From contig NC_086097.1 of assembly GCF_963921235.1 (NCBI RefSeq), positions 224,256,001-224,320,000 on the forward strand: 64,000 bases of DNA, read 5' to 3'. Position numbers and translations under genes: made by a program. Positions 1-10,944 of the stretch are shown here, in pieces (positions within the stretch are counted from its first letter, which is position 1; every line of letters begins with the position of its first letter). This DNA is from Mobula hypostoma (Eukaryota). The notes under the pieces were generated by a model. That model did no database searches. It was not told where the DNA came from and saw only the letters and a program-made list of their open reading frames with translations.

Positions 1-1030
1 TCTGTAATTACATGCTTACTGGGTACACTTGGTTCTCCGCTCTGTCTGTAGGAGCAACAAGAGGGTGAGTTGTATGCTTTATCCTGGGTCCAGTGTTTCC
101 ACTGGCTGCCTCGCCGAGTCTGCACACAGACACATGTATCATTGGTTAAGAGTACCGTCTGTGGTCCTATCCACTTGGGGGAGAACCCCGGCCTTTCTGG
201 CAGCACCCTCACCATAACTTGGTTGCCGCGCTGTGGAAAGACTATCCCCTTTCCCTCTGGCTCTATCTGATCAGTGATTCACTGCTGTTGTTTCGCTCGG
301 TCCTTTAACACTTTAAGTTGGTTGCAAAGCTCTTTCACATATTGGGTCATTCTATCCCTGTTAGCCCCAGGCTCCCCACAACCCGTAATTACCCCATAAG
401 GGAGTCGCATAGCTCGCCCCGTCAATAATTTGTAGGGGCTGAGACCCAACCTGCGGTTCAGGGTTGCGCGCAATCTCATCAGGATTCCTGGTAATACATC
501 AACCCATGTCTTTCCTGTCTCAGCTATAGCTTTGGCTAACACATTCTTGATTGTTCGGTTCATCCTTTCTACCATCCCTGAACTCTTGGGGTGGTAGGGT
601 ACGTGGAACCGTTGTCGAATCCCTAGCAGATGGCACATTTCCTTCATCACTTTCCCCGTGAAATGTGCTCCCTGATCTGAATCCACCTGAACTGGGGTTC
701 CCCACCTTGGGAGGATTTCCTGAACTAGGATCCATGCAGTGGTGCGGGTGGTGCAGTCCCTTGTTGGGAAAGTCTCTACCCACCGAGTGAAGTGATCCAT
801 AATTACTAGACAGTAGCTTTTCCCTCTGCTTTTTGGCAGGGGCCCTGTGAAGACTATCTGGATGTTTTCCCAGGGTCCCTTTGGCCGAGGCTGATTTGCC
901 AGCTGTAGCTTTTTGCCCTTATCAGGGTTATGCTGGGCACAAATGATACAACGGCCACCACCACCAGTCCTGCCGGAGGGTTGTGATCATGCTCTGCCTT
1001 CCCTGATGCATCGCCCTATGATATAACTTC
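1..1030 (-). pseudogene. pol: Integrase of the retrovirus-like element (disrupted)
   Basis: HxxxH zinc-binding part (LYHRAMHQG) and core DHFTRWVETFP...VDSDQGAHF...YHPKSSGMVERMN. The usual QIDF catalytic Asp reads QIVF. After a TGA at 279-281 the frame continues GNQVMVRVLPERPGFSPKWIGPQTVLLTNDTCVCVQTRRGSQWKHWTQ, a retroviral-type C-terminal domain. Confidence 0.9.
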
Positions 1031-1578
1031 AGTAGTATCTGTCTAGTACAGGGTGGGGCCACCGTGACTGTTTCCTCCCCGTGTGTCCAGCACCCATCTG
1101 ATCCCTGCTTTGCTCCTTTTCTCCTCCATTTTTCCTTCTCTTCTGCCTCTACCTCTCCATTTAATTTTACTAAGCTGGCTTCTGTCGTTTCCTCCTGCAC
1201 ACTTGCAATTTCAATTGCCTCTTGTTCCTCTGCTGCCTTCTTCGCAGCAATGTCTGCTCTCAGAGGAACTGGGAGAACTTTATATTCTGGAGTGGCTGCA
1301 GTCTCTCTGAGTATCCCCTGGTGTTTTTGTTTCTTTGCTATACCCTGAACAGCAGTCAGTGTGTCAGTTTGTATATGGTCCTGCTTAGGGGGTTTATACA
1401 GACCCTCCTCTATTTTAACTGGGTTTATCTTCACCTGCCCACAATCTTGCTTGTCTCTAGCACACACAGATGGGAACTGCTGACAAGGTAATCCATAGAC
1501 CCCATCCTGGCTCCAGTCTCTGATCAGGGCGGCTGCGACTATGCTAGGCAGGTTGTGTATTCTGTTGGTTGTATGCAT
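1031..1578 (-). pseudogene. pol: Internally deleted pol: RT N-terminal stub fused to the RNase H C-terminal helix and linker
   Basis: ORF 928..1578 reads FPSVCARDKQDCGQVKINPVKI...HQGILRE (RT start), then within ~15 aa RADIAAKKAA (RNase H end). No LPQG or YxDD motif lies between protease and integrase. Confidence 0.75.
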
Positions 1579-1696
1579 TTACTTCCATATGACTTGTCCA
1601 TATTATTTCTCCCTTTCCTGAATCTATAACTGCTCCTGCTTCCCTTAAGATGTCTATTCCAAGGATCATGCCCTCATTATTTGGACATACCCAGAA

Positions 1697-2712
1697 CTAC
1701 ACCGGAAGCTGCACTCCCCCGATTTCTAGTATTTGTGATTTGTTTCTTTCTGCTTTTACTGTTTTCCCTCCTACACCCCTGATATAACTGGCCTGTCCGA
1801 TTGTTGGTAAGGGCAAGTCTGTTATCGATACCGACGCCCCTGTGTCCACTAACATATTGCATTGCCGTCCCCCTAACAATGCCATTGTGTACATCCGCGA
1901 GTCACCAATGCTGGCAGTGGAGCCCGCTGCCACATCTTTTTCTGCCCTAAGAGGCGCCATTACTAGCTCTTTGATCTGATCGACAGTCATACTGGTTGCT
2001 GATGGAGTGAGTGGCTGGATGTCTGCTGTGACCTTCGCCTGGGTTTTCCCCCTGCCTTTTGGACACTGTCTCCAGCCATGTCCCGATAGGCCACAGCTGT
2101 AGCATATCAACTCCTTCACTGTTTTATACCTGGTCCGGCAGTCCTTTGCTAGGTGTCCTGGCTGCCGGCAAGCAAAACAAACTCTCCAGGACATCACAGA
2201 AGCTGCATACACTATATCACTTTACGATTTCTCTTGCTTTTTCTTTGGTCTATCTCACTGGCCCACAAAACTATCGCAGAGTAGTTGGACCCTACCGTTA
2301 TGCCTAAATCTAAAATTTCCTGGTGGGCTGAGCTCAGGCCTTTCTTCAGCATTTTTAGGAAGACTGGGTCGTCTCTCCCTGGATTATCCAACCCTGAATA
2401 CTCCTTGTACACTCGATATTTACGTTCTGCATAATCCATGTCTGTCTCATCAGCCCTCTGGGTCACTGCCATTATCGTTCCCCAGCTACTCTTGCCTCCC
2501 CCCAGTCGCTTTAAAAGAGCACTCCCGGTAGTTGCCCATGTACCATCCTGCACCCCCTGGGCCATACTGTCCCAGATACTCCTTGGGCACTTTGCTTTCG
2601 CCAACACATGTATGTCTTTAGGGTGCATCTGGTGAATTTCAACTATTTCCTTGAGCTTACACCAGAACTCTGAATTTCCACAGGTGACTTTAGGTGAGGG
2701 CAAATCAGACAA
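1697..2712 (-). pseudogene. gag-pro: gag (capsid-like region plus nucleocapsid) and aspartic protease, frameshifted at ~2212
   Basis: Zinc knuckles CFACRQPGHLAKDC (2138-2179) and CYSCGLSGHGWRQC (2063-2104); protease LVDTGASVS (~1835-1846) with flap IRGVGG; major-homology-region-like VTQRADETDMDYAER. Confidence 0.85.
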
Positions 2713-3324
2713 GATGTTTCTCCCCGGGGGTGAAGGGCTTATGAATAGTTGTAATCAAGGTCAAGGGCTAGCTCGGATCATCAGGGTTCTCAACCTGACG
2801 TTGCCTGACCTCTGGTAGATCTATCTGGGTAAAACCTTTCCCTGAGATATCTCCATACTAATTCCCACACTACGCAAAATATAAAAGATGGGTAGCAGTT
2901 AAACAATACATAATTAAAACCACAGAGTATGTATTCCACAATCTGCCACTTTTGAGTACCTGAACTCATGATGCCTGCTGTATTCCTTTGCATCACACTT
3001 GCAAACGCATACACTAAAATACAGCTCCCTGAATGAATATACACGCCCGTAGTCTGGCATCTCAAACCGTACAGTCGGTCACCACCTTTCACAACTGGTG
3101 GTCCAAGTTAACCAAGTTAATCACGTAAAGATTCCTCACTTACATAAACACACATGCACACGCACACACTACTTTTATATCTACCAGTTCAGCTCTCCGT
3201 GTTCGTGATACCTCGTGTTCCCGTGTACCACCGACCGAACAGATCCAAGTGTGAGTGTTATTTTAGAAAAATATTCAGCAACTTAGACTGCTAGGAACGC
3301 TGGCCACATGATGGGTCACGAAGT

Positions 3325-3342
3325 ATCCCACTCCTGACACCA
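3325..3342 (-). promoter_or_regulatory. Primer-binding site for tRNA-Leu
   Basis: Minus strand TGGTGTCAGGAGTGGGAT, 2 nt after the LTR end (...ACCACA). It is complementary to the 3' 18 nt (ATCCCACTCCTGACACCA) of vertebrate tRNA-Leu(CAG) as I recall it. Confidence 0.9.
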
Positions 3343-3344
3343 AA

Positions 3345-3908
3345 TGTGGTAGTGTGGATGAAATCACCGGAAAGACAGAGTCACTGGATACAAAGCAGCT
3401 TCTTTATTCGACACAACAAGGTACAGCAGGCATCATACGGACGGAGACACTTTAGGTGGAAAGGTCTGCTAGCCCAATGTGGGCTCGATATTTATATGCT
3501 AAGCACAAAGGGCAATCACTATTTACCAAGTTATAGACAATTCATGGACAATGCTCCCTTTTGAAGCTACATACAAAACATCACACCTTCTGACTTCATC
3601 CTTTCCTCCCGATGCCATGTCTGTGTTGGTACTCACAGCCTTTAGGAGTGCAAGTCAAATCCACAATACATTTATTTGGTATTTTACGTGCGAACATAGA
3701 GGACAATTAATATTTATAAAGTATAGATAACACTGTCTTCGAAACTACAGCATCTGGTCAAACTACGGCGTCAGCAGCGTCTGGTATTCGCAGCTTTTAG
3801 GAAATGTGTTGTTGTGAACTCAATCCACTGTACTTGGTCAAACAGAAGACTGGTGGCCAGAGTCATTTAAGTGTAAATGAATCATCTACCCAAAAATTCA
3901 CTCTAACG
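3345..3908 (-). repeat. 5' LTR of the retrovirus-like element
   Basis: Ends in CA next to the PBS. On the minus strand a TATA-like CATATAAAT (~3490-3498) precedes AATAAA (3403-3408). The far end is placed where Gypsy integrase coding starts (CGTTAGAGTG on minus, presumed decayed TG). Confidence 0.7.
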
Positions 3909-4378
3909 GAAAAGACCTATGGATTGCTCAGAGACCGGTTTTACTGGCCCTGGATGAAATCGGAGGTCGAAGTTGTGCATTCGATGCATACGGCGGAAGA
4001 CACTGCCTACGTGGGCAGCTCCCTTGTCCCACTTGAAGAGTGTTGGGCCTCTGGTGCTGGTGTGTATGGATTTCCTGTCAATAGAACCCGATTCCAGCAA
4101 CACGGCGAATGTCTTAGTCATCACAGACCACTACACCAGATATGCTCAGGCTTTTCCTACCAAGGACCAGAAGGTGTCTATGGTGGCAAAAGTGTTATGG
4201 GAGAAGTATTTAATCTATTATGGTCTTCCCAGGTGGGTACATAGTGATCAGGGATGGGACTTTGAGAGCAGACTCATCTATGAGTTACTGGGCATGCTTG
4301 GAGTCGAGAAGTCGAGGACCACACCCTATCACCCGCAGGGTGGTCCCCAGCCAGAGAGGTTTAATCAGACCTTGCTAC
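3909..4378 (+). pseudogene. Ty3/Gypsy integrase fragment (host of the provirus insertion)
   Basis: EKTYGLLRDRFYWP...CIRC...LVCMDFLSIE...VITDHYTRYAQAFPTKDQ...VHSDQGWDFES...SRTTPYHPQGGPQPERFNQTL, with a frameshift near 3973. Confidence 0.9.
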
Positions 4379-4383
4379 TGATT

Positions 4384-4559
4384 TGTAACAGGGGACACAT
4401 TGTGCAGCATCCACCCAGATGAGATTTCTTAAGTTTGGCCGGGCCGGGGATCTATCATCCCCCATATTAAGCTGTTGGCCGAAACAAGACTTACATAAAC
4501 AAAGAATGTATAATCAAACAATATATTTACAATATTACTGAAATACAGAATACACTACA
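4384..4559. repeat. Short LTR-like remnant
   Basis: Starts TGTAAC and ends ACTACA, directly after the truncated Gypsy integrase. No TSD seen. Confidence 0.35.
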
Positions 4560-5659
4560 GTACCCATTTCATTTACAGTATGTTGTTCAATGAAATTCAG
4601 GGGACCCAGTGCAGAAATCCAAGGAAAAGACAAACAGCCTTCCAGTTTCTAAAACATTCATTGCTTATCACACTTTGCCTCCTCTCACCGAGCCCTTTTA
4701 CCATTGTCTCTCGCCACACCTTTTACTTTTCTGATATGTATTGCTAAAATCCATCATTGATTGCATTAGAAACCTCCTGTCGATTGTTAATCAGAATTGA
4801 CTCTTATCTAACTAACCTACGCTGACTTTCCTTGATTATTCTGTGCTTTTCTAAATGATGATTTAGACATCTTGTCTGAAAAGTTTCTATGAATTTGCCC
4901 ATGGCCAATGTGTGTCGAACTGGTCTTAGTTACCTGGCTTAATCCTATTTCCTTAATGAACAATGGCAACAGGTCAATTATCCTCCAGTTCTCCATCCCC
5001 AAGTCTAAAGCCAGATAGAACTGGAAAATTATCCTTAGAACCTCAGCTATTTCCTCCTCTCTTTTCTTCATTGTCTGGGATACATTTTATCCAAGTCGTT
5101 GGTGATTACTTTAAAAACTACTGTTTTTCCTCAGTATTTCCTTTCACTATTTTTATCAATGTGTAATATTTCACACATTTGCTCAAATACATAACTATTG
5201 ATGTATTTTTGTGAAGTCATGTCCAAGGTATTCATTTCAAATTTTGATGCAGCAGGCCATGAATCACAGGAAGTAAATGAAGAGTAAGCAGTTAGGAAGG
5301 TAAACGGAACATCATTTTTTTGGGAATAAAAGTGTAACGAAAGCTTGTTGCATCTGTGCCAGATTTTGGTGAAACCACACCAAGATATTATGTGGAGTAT
5401 GCATCTCTGAATTGAAGATAAAGTAATGTATATTCAGCTTGGAGACAATGGAAGGTGGATTGACTCCTGCAATAAAAAGTTTACATTTACTGAAGTTTAA
5501 TACAATGTGAAGTGATTCCATTGAGGTAGATAAGATTGAATGAGGGATTCTTAAGTTACTATTTACGATAGATGCTGTCTACTATCTACTATATATCTAC
5601 TGTATCTACTACAGATCCTAAATACTACAGATAATGCTGTATATCTAGTTACTATAGAT

Positions 5660-5907
5660 GTGTGTGTGCTTAACTCCTGGTGGAGTCGTTGGGGCACCGT
5701 CATGACAGCATCGTACGGCGTGTCTTGGGCATCTGAAACCTGGCGGATCCCATCCCGCTCCAGGTTTTTTTTTACAAGGTCAAATTGTTAGCTTGACGCT
5801 CAACTCAGGCATAGATGGAGAGCATGCAAGGGAGCCGGCCGGATTCGAACTTGGGACCTCTCACCCGGAAGTCCAGCGCTGATGCCACTATGCTACCAGC
5901 CGGGTAA
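5660..5907 (-). mobile_element. tRNA-derived SINE with 11-bp TSD
   Basis: Minus-strand head with A box TAGCATAGTGG and B box GTTCGAATCC; (CA)n tail; TTACTATAGAT at 5649-5659 and 5908-5918. Confidence 0.85.
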
Positions 5908-6574
5908 TTACTATAGATATTATTTCCTTAAGTTTGAAAATCCAAAACAAAGGAACGTAATTCTAGAACAAAAGACAAGGCATTTGCTGCAGAGTTGAAA
6001 GAAAATTTCTTTACTCAAACAGCTGTAAATCTTTGGAATTTTATACCTTGGTGGGCTTTGGATCTTCAGTCACTGAGTACATGACAAAACTGAGATTAAT
6101 TGAACTTTGAGCAGTCAATGAAGCAAGGATTTGTGAATCAGGCAAGAAGGTATAGGATAACAAGCAGCTTAAAGTTTGAGTAGTAATTTGGCCAACTCCT
6201 TCTTCACTGTCTACTATTCATGTGCCCTGTGACCCTTTCTCATGCCTTCTGTCTCCATAGTTTACCTTCCTGATATCTGAGAGACAGTATTTTCTTTGCT
6301 ATACCCTTTCCCTTTATGTATATATAAAACAATTTTGATGTTTGCTTAATTTAATTTGGCAGGATATTTTCATACACTCAGTTTGTCTTTCTAATTTCAT
6401 TTTGATGTCACCTCTGCATTTTCCACAATAATAACTTCTTCACAAATGTCAAAAAAATTTTTTTTTTCATTAACCAATCCCATAGGTGTCTCCATATTCA
6501 GAAATCTAGATTGGGGTGTCCCACATTTAATATGCACTTTTAACTTTCTTTTGTAGACAAGACACCTGTGTGAA

Positions 6575-7095
6575 TACTGAATGCACTACACTAGATTAGA
6601 AGTCATGCAAGTTAACGGTTGCTCCACCTGGAAGGACTATTTGGGTCCCTGGATGGTGGCCAGGGAAAGGTGAAAAGACGACTTATTGCATTTCCTGTAT
6701 TTGCAGGAGCGAGATCCAGGGAGTGGCTGGTAGGAATAAACAGGAGACCGGGAATCCACGAAGGATATGGTCCCTTCGAAATACTGTCAGGGGAAGGGAG
6801 GGGAAGTATAGTACTGGTGGAGTGTAGTTAGGGCTGATAAAAATCACAAAGGATAAAAGTGAACATGGAGGCTGGTGGGATGAAAAATGAATATGAGAGA
6901 ACTCTATCCTTGTTCTGCACATGTCGTGAGGAGGACAAGTGCAAATGAGATGTGATCAAGTACCTTGTGACAGGGAGAAGCTATAGATTTAGGAAGAAAT
7001 GGTAAATCTGGTGTTTTCTATTGATGTCATCGCACCTGTGAGTTTAGCATTTTCTGTTTCTGTTTCAGATTTTCAGGATCTGCAGTTTTTTTGTG
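6575..7095. mobile_element. Old Penelope-like remnant
   Basis: Decayed similarity to the PLE copies in this window, including the terminal-repeat motif ttcagattttcaggatctgcagttttt. Confidence 0.45.
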
Positions 7096-7744
7096 ATTTT
7101 CATTCCAGATATTAGTTCGTCTTTCATATTTTCCATAACCCTGCTAATCTTATATGAATAATGATCAGCAGCACCAAACTCTTGTCCACCGATTTCCCTT
7201 CCAGCTGCTCACCATCATTCTTGAAAATTAGTTCCAGAGTTGCTCTATCTCTTGTTGGCTTTGTATCGTGCTGCCTTCTGGTTAGTGTCTATCTCGAGCT
7301 ACGCTCCAAGGGGAATGTGTAGTAAACAATTCTGTTTGGGGAAACTGATTATTACAGAAGAATCGATGCCAGGTAAAAACACTGAGTCTTACTGGTGTTG
7401 CCTGCTTCTCAGATCTGTCACTGCACTCTGTCAATATCTTACAGTTGCGTTAGCTTTGTCTTCTGCCGTACAGTCCCAGTACTGAAAGTGAGTGATATTC
7501 GGGCTCTTTGGAACAGGTTCCAACCACAAAAATTGCATAGCTTGTATATCACCCACAAGTGGGGTTGGATGACAATGACCTCTGTAATATCTTAAGTATC
7601 CTCAAGCTCTTTAAAGAAAACTACTCCAAACTTTTGAAAACTGTTGGTAGTTAAAACAAAATTTTCGAATTGTTTTTAGGATCAGAATCAGAATTGGGTT
7701 TATTATCACTGGCTTATGTCATAAAATTTGTTATGACATAACAC

Positions 7745-8065
7745 TCTAAGGTGTGCGTGTGTGTCTGCGCGCACACATCTTTTGCTACTAGTGCACAAAA
7801 GAATTTAAACTGGGCACAAAACCTCGTTGGCATGTTAAGTATATTTCAAGAATGGACATACACATTTCCTTTTCCGGTTTTTGATGAGGATGGGGTTGAC
7901 AATGTTGAGATTGCAATGATTTGTCTGCAGATTTTACAGAACTGGCTTATTTATATGGTTTTTATGAAGAAATTATTCGGTGTGCAAATATTGTCACTGG
8001 GCAAAAAATTGCATAGCACAAGCTTTTTTGCACACACTGGGTCATTACAAAGTAGAGGGAACATT
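7745..8065. mobile_element. Non-autonomous DNA transposon (hAT-like MITE) inside a LINE 3' tail
   Basis: Right end AGAGGGAACATTG, with only CTCTAA left of the opposite end; gcaca-rich subterminal motifs; interrupts a minus-strand Rex1-like tail (7680-8420). Confidence 0.45.
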
Positions 8066-10944
8066 GGGCAGCAGCATTACGGTGCAACAGTTAAAGATAC
8101 CATTAGTTATAATAAGAAATATTAAAAAAACAAATAAATAAGTGGGTGCAAAAAGAGAGCACAATGGTGAGGTAGTGTCCATGGGTTCATGGACTGTTTA
8201 GAAATCTACCAGTGGAGGGGAAGAAGCTGTCCTTAAAATGTTGAGTTTGTGCCCTCATGCTCCTGTATCTCCTCCCTGATGGTAGTAATGAGAAGAAAGC
8301 ACGTCATGGGTGGTGAGGGTCTGTATAGGTGGATGTCACTTTCTGGAGGCAACACCTCTTGAAGATGTCCTTGATAGTTGGGAAGCTGGTGCCCATGATG
8401 GAGCTGGCTGGGTTTACAAATGGAAGGAAAGTTTAATGGAAACTTGTATTTGTTTGAGTAAAACTTCAGTAACAGCCTTGCTTCTATTTGTGAAGTTTTG
8501 TTGTGCGTGCTTTTTTTTGAAACTAAATCTTTTCAGTTCCCCTATGCTGCCCTCCCCTGCTGGTAATCAAGGCCCTCAGCTAACTCTCTGAGCTCCTCTT
8601 CTACTCAGAGCTCAGAACTTCTGTCAAGCTTGCTGATTGTGTCCTACCTCTGACCTGGCACAGGATCTGTGGGGTGATGCTCTAATGTATTTGATGGAGA
8701 ATTTCAGCATGTCAAAGTTCTGCTTCTGGAGTTCATGTCCAGAGGTGGTCCAAACTGAGAGATTCAGCATTGTGACCCACTCTATAGGCTTGGGGCTTCT
8801 GCATACAAATGCAGTTGCAGCATGCCCCCGACATTGGGTAAATGTCGGCTGTTTGCTACTAAATTTCTAAATTAGCAAAACCCAGCCCTATACCCTCTGA
8901 CATCTGCTACATCAATGGATTGTAGTAATTTTAAACAAATATAGGAGTTGCCAGTGCAATCAGAGCAACAACTTGTTGAAATCACTTGGCCATCAATGTG
9001 TGTGGTTGACAAACCCTTTAACAGGGCTGGTTGGGGTTTCATCCTGGTGCTGAATGCATGGTGTAAGGTGGAGTGTTGACCTCTAATTGACTAGAGTAGA
9101 CATTCAAACACAGAGACTGCCTTCTCTACATGCACCTGGAGATAGTGGTTAGTGCAGTGCATACTACATATTTATCAAGTTTCTGATCCAATTTGGCACC
9201 CGTGAAGGTCACACTGTCAAATCTGGCTGCCTCAGAAGTTGGGCATTTTTTTTGTTATTTATAGGCGTTTATTTGATGCCTTGACAGCGTTTGTTTGCTA
9301 AAGAACATTTAAGGTGCGGTTGAAGGGCTTCAATGCCAGGCCATATGGGCAATGTGTTGACAATGGGCAAGTGTTTAAGATGGTGTTCAGGCACCTGGCA
9401 GTGAGTGGCCAAAATGCGTGTCAGAAGTTAACGTTGTTTTGGCTGCTAATTGCCAGTTGGCTTATCTCCACCTTAAACATACAGGAAGACTGGAGACATA
9501 TTTTACCATTCCAAAATAGGAAACCTCATGAGCAAGAGGAAGACATGTAATCCTTCTTTCCCCTGCTTTATTTAGCTGGTTACATTGCTCAGTGTGTCAG
9601 CCCTCTCACTGGCCACTGTCTCAGGCTGAACCAATGTGCTTCTAATCCAGCATGAATCTTCTTCTCAAGTTCTCAATATTTATCCTTTTGATTTTGTTTG
9701 AATTTTTTTCATTTTGTATTTACACAAGTTGTTATCTTTTGCACATTGGTTGCTTGTCTACCTTGTGTGTGGTTCTTCATTGATTCCATTGCGTTTCTTT
9801 GTATGTACTGTGAATGCCTGCAAGCAAATGAATCTCAGGATTGTATATGGTGACATATGAAAAGTTTAACTTCTGAATTTTGAACTTTGAAATAGAATTG
9901 CCAACCGCTACCCTTGCCCTGACACTCTCACTCAGGATCCCATAATGTTTGAACTTTTTTAAAAATTATAGTTATTGAAGTTTTGTCCTCAACCATACAG
10001 GCCCAGCAATGACAGTGAGTGATATTTGTACTCTTTGGGACAGGCCCCTCCCACGCAAATTGGTGCACCTTGTACATCATCCATTACTACAAACGGAGAT
10101 GGTTTAACAGACCTCAGCAATGTCTTTAAGTACCTATTACAACTTTTGAAAACTGTTTTTCAACATCTTTGACAACACAAAGATATGTTAAAAAGGTGAC
10201 ATATTTAAGGGAGCGTGAGGGGGATCTTCTTTACTCAGAGGGTGGTGTGAGTACAGAATTAGCGGCCAGTGGAAGTTTGGGATACGGGTTCATTTGCAAC
10301 ATTTCTGAAAAGTTTGGGTAGGTACGCGGATGGGAGGGGTACGGAGGGTTATGGTCCAGGTGCAGGTCAATGGGAACAGGCAGAATAACAGTTCAGCACA
10401 AACTAAATCGGCCAAAAGGGCTGTTTCTATGCAGAAGTGCTCTATGATTCTGTGACTCTGTGAACTGTTGCTGAAACCATTAAACATGCATTTGTAGTTA
10501 CCAGTCTTGATACTTCAGTGCTCTCTTGGTTGGCCACCAGCCTTCCATAAAAATAGCCATCTAAAGTAGTTACCTATCCTAAGCTGCTGTGACCCTCTCT
10601 AATCTATTACCATGTGCTCACTGGCTTACATTTAGTCTGACTACATCAATGTGTCAATTATAAAATTATCTTCCTTGTGTTCAAAACCCCCTGTGGCCAT
10701 ACCCCTTCTACCTCCTTTAGACTTACAAATCTTCAAGAGTTTCACAAATTTTTGACTATTGAGCTTTCCGTTCTCTCTCAATTTCATCCTTTAGGTCCTA
10801 AACCACAGAGCTGCCTCCACAAACCTCTTTGGTATTCAGCTATCTTGTTCTCTCTCCTCATTTTAACACTCATTTTAATGTCATCCATTTGCCTTAGCTT
10901 TTGGTCACTGGTCCTAATATGTGCTTTTATTTAGTTGAGGTTAG

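Larger units (their letters stand above)
1..3908 (-). mobile_element. Defective retrovirus-like LTR element (5' LTR-PBS-gag-pro-deleted pol-integrase), runs off the window start
   Basis: Canonical order on the minus strand: LTR 3908-3345, tRNA-Leu PBS 3342-3325, gag with two CCHC knuckles, LVDTGA protease, RT N-terminal stub joined to the RNase H end, integrase core and C-terminal domain. Confidence 0.9.

Noticed and set aside
2790..3092. 100-aa hydrophobic ORF in the proviral leader as an accessory gene
   Set aside because: Starts at GTG, has no recognisable motif, and sits in a decayed element; it cannot be supported without related copies.
3325..3342. tRNA-Leu fragment read as a tRNA gene
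   Set aside because: Only the 3' 18 nt including CCA, next to an LTR, so it is a PBS.
5572..5659. Short ATCTACT(A/G)T-like tandem repeats
   Set aside because: Low-complexity slippage repeat with no further structure.
5830..5905. tRNA gene (also 61920-61985)
   Set aside because: These are A/B-box heads of SINEs with bodies, tails and TSDs; no proper cloverleaf.
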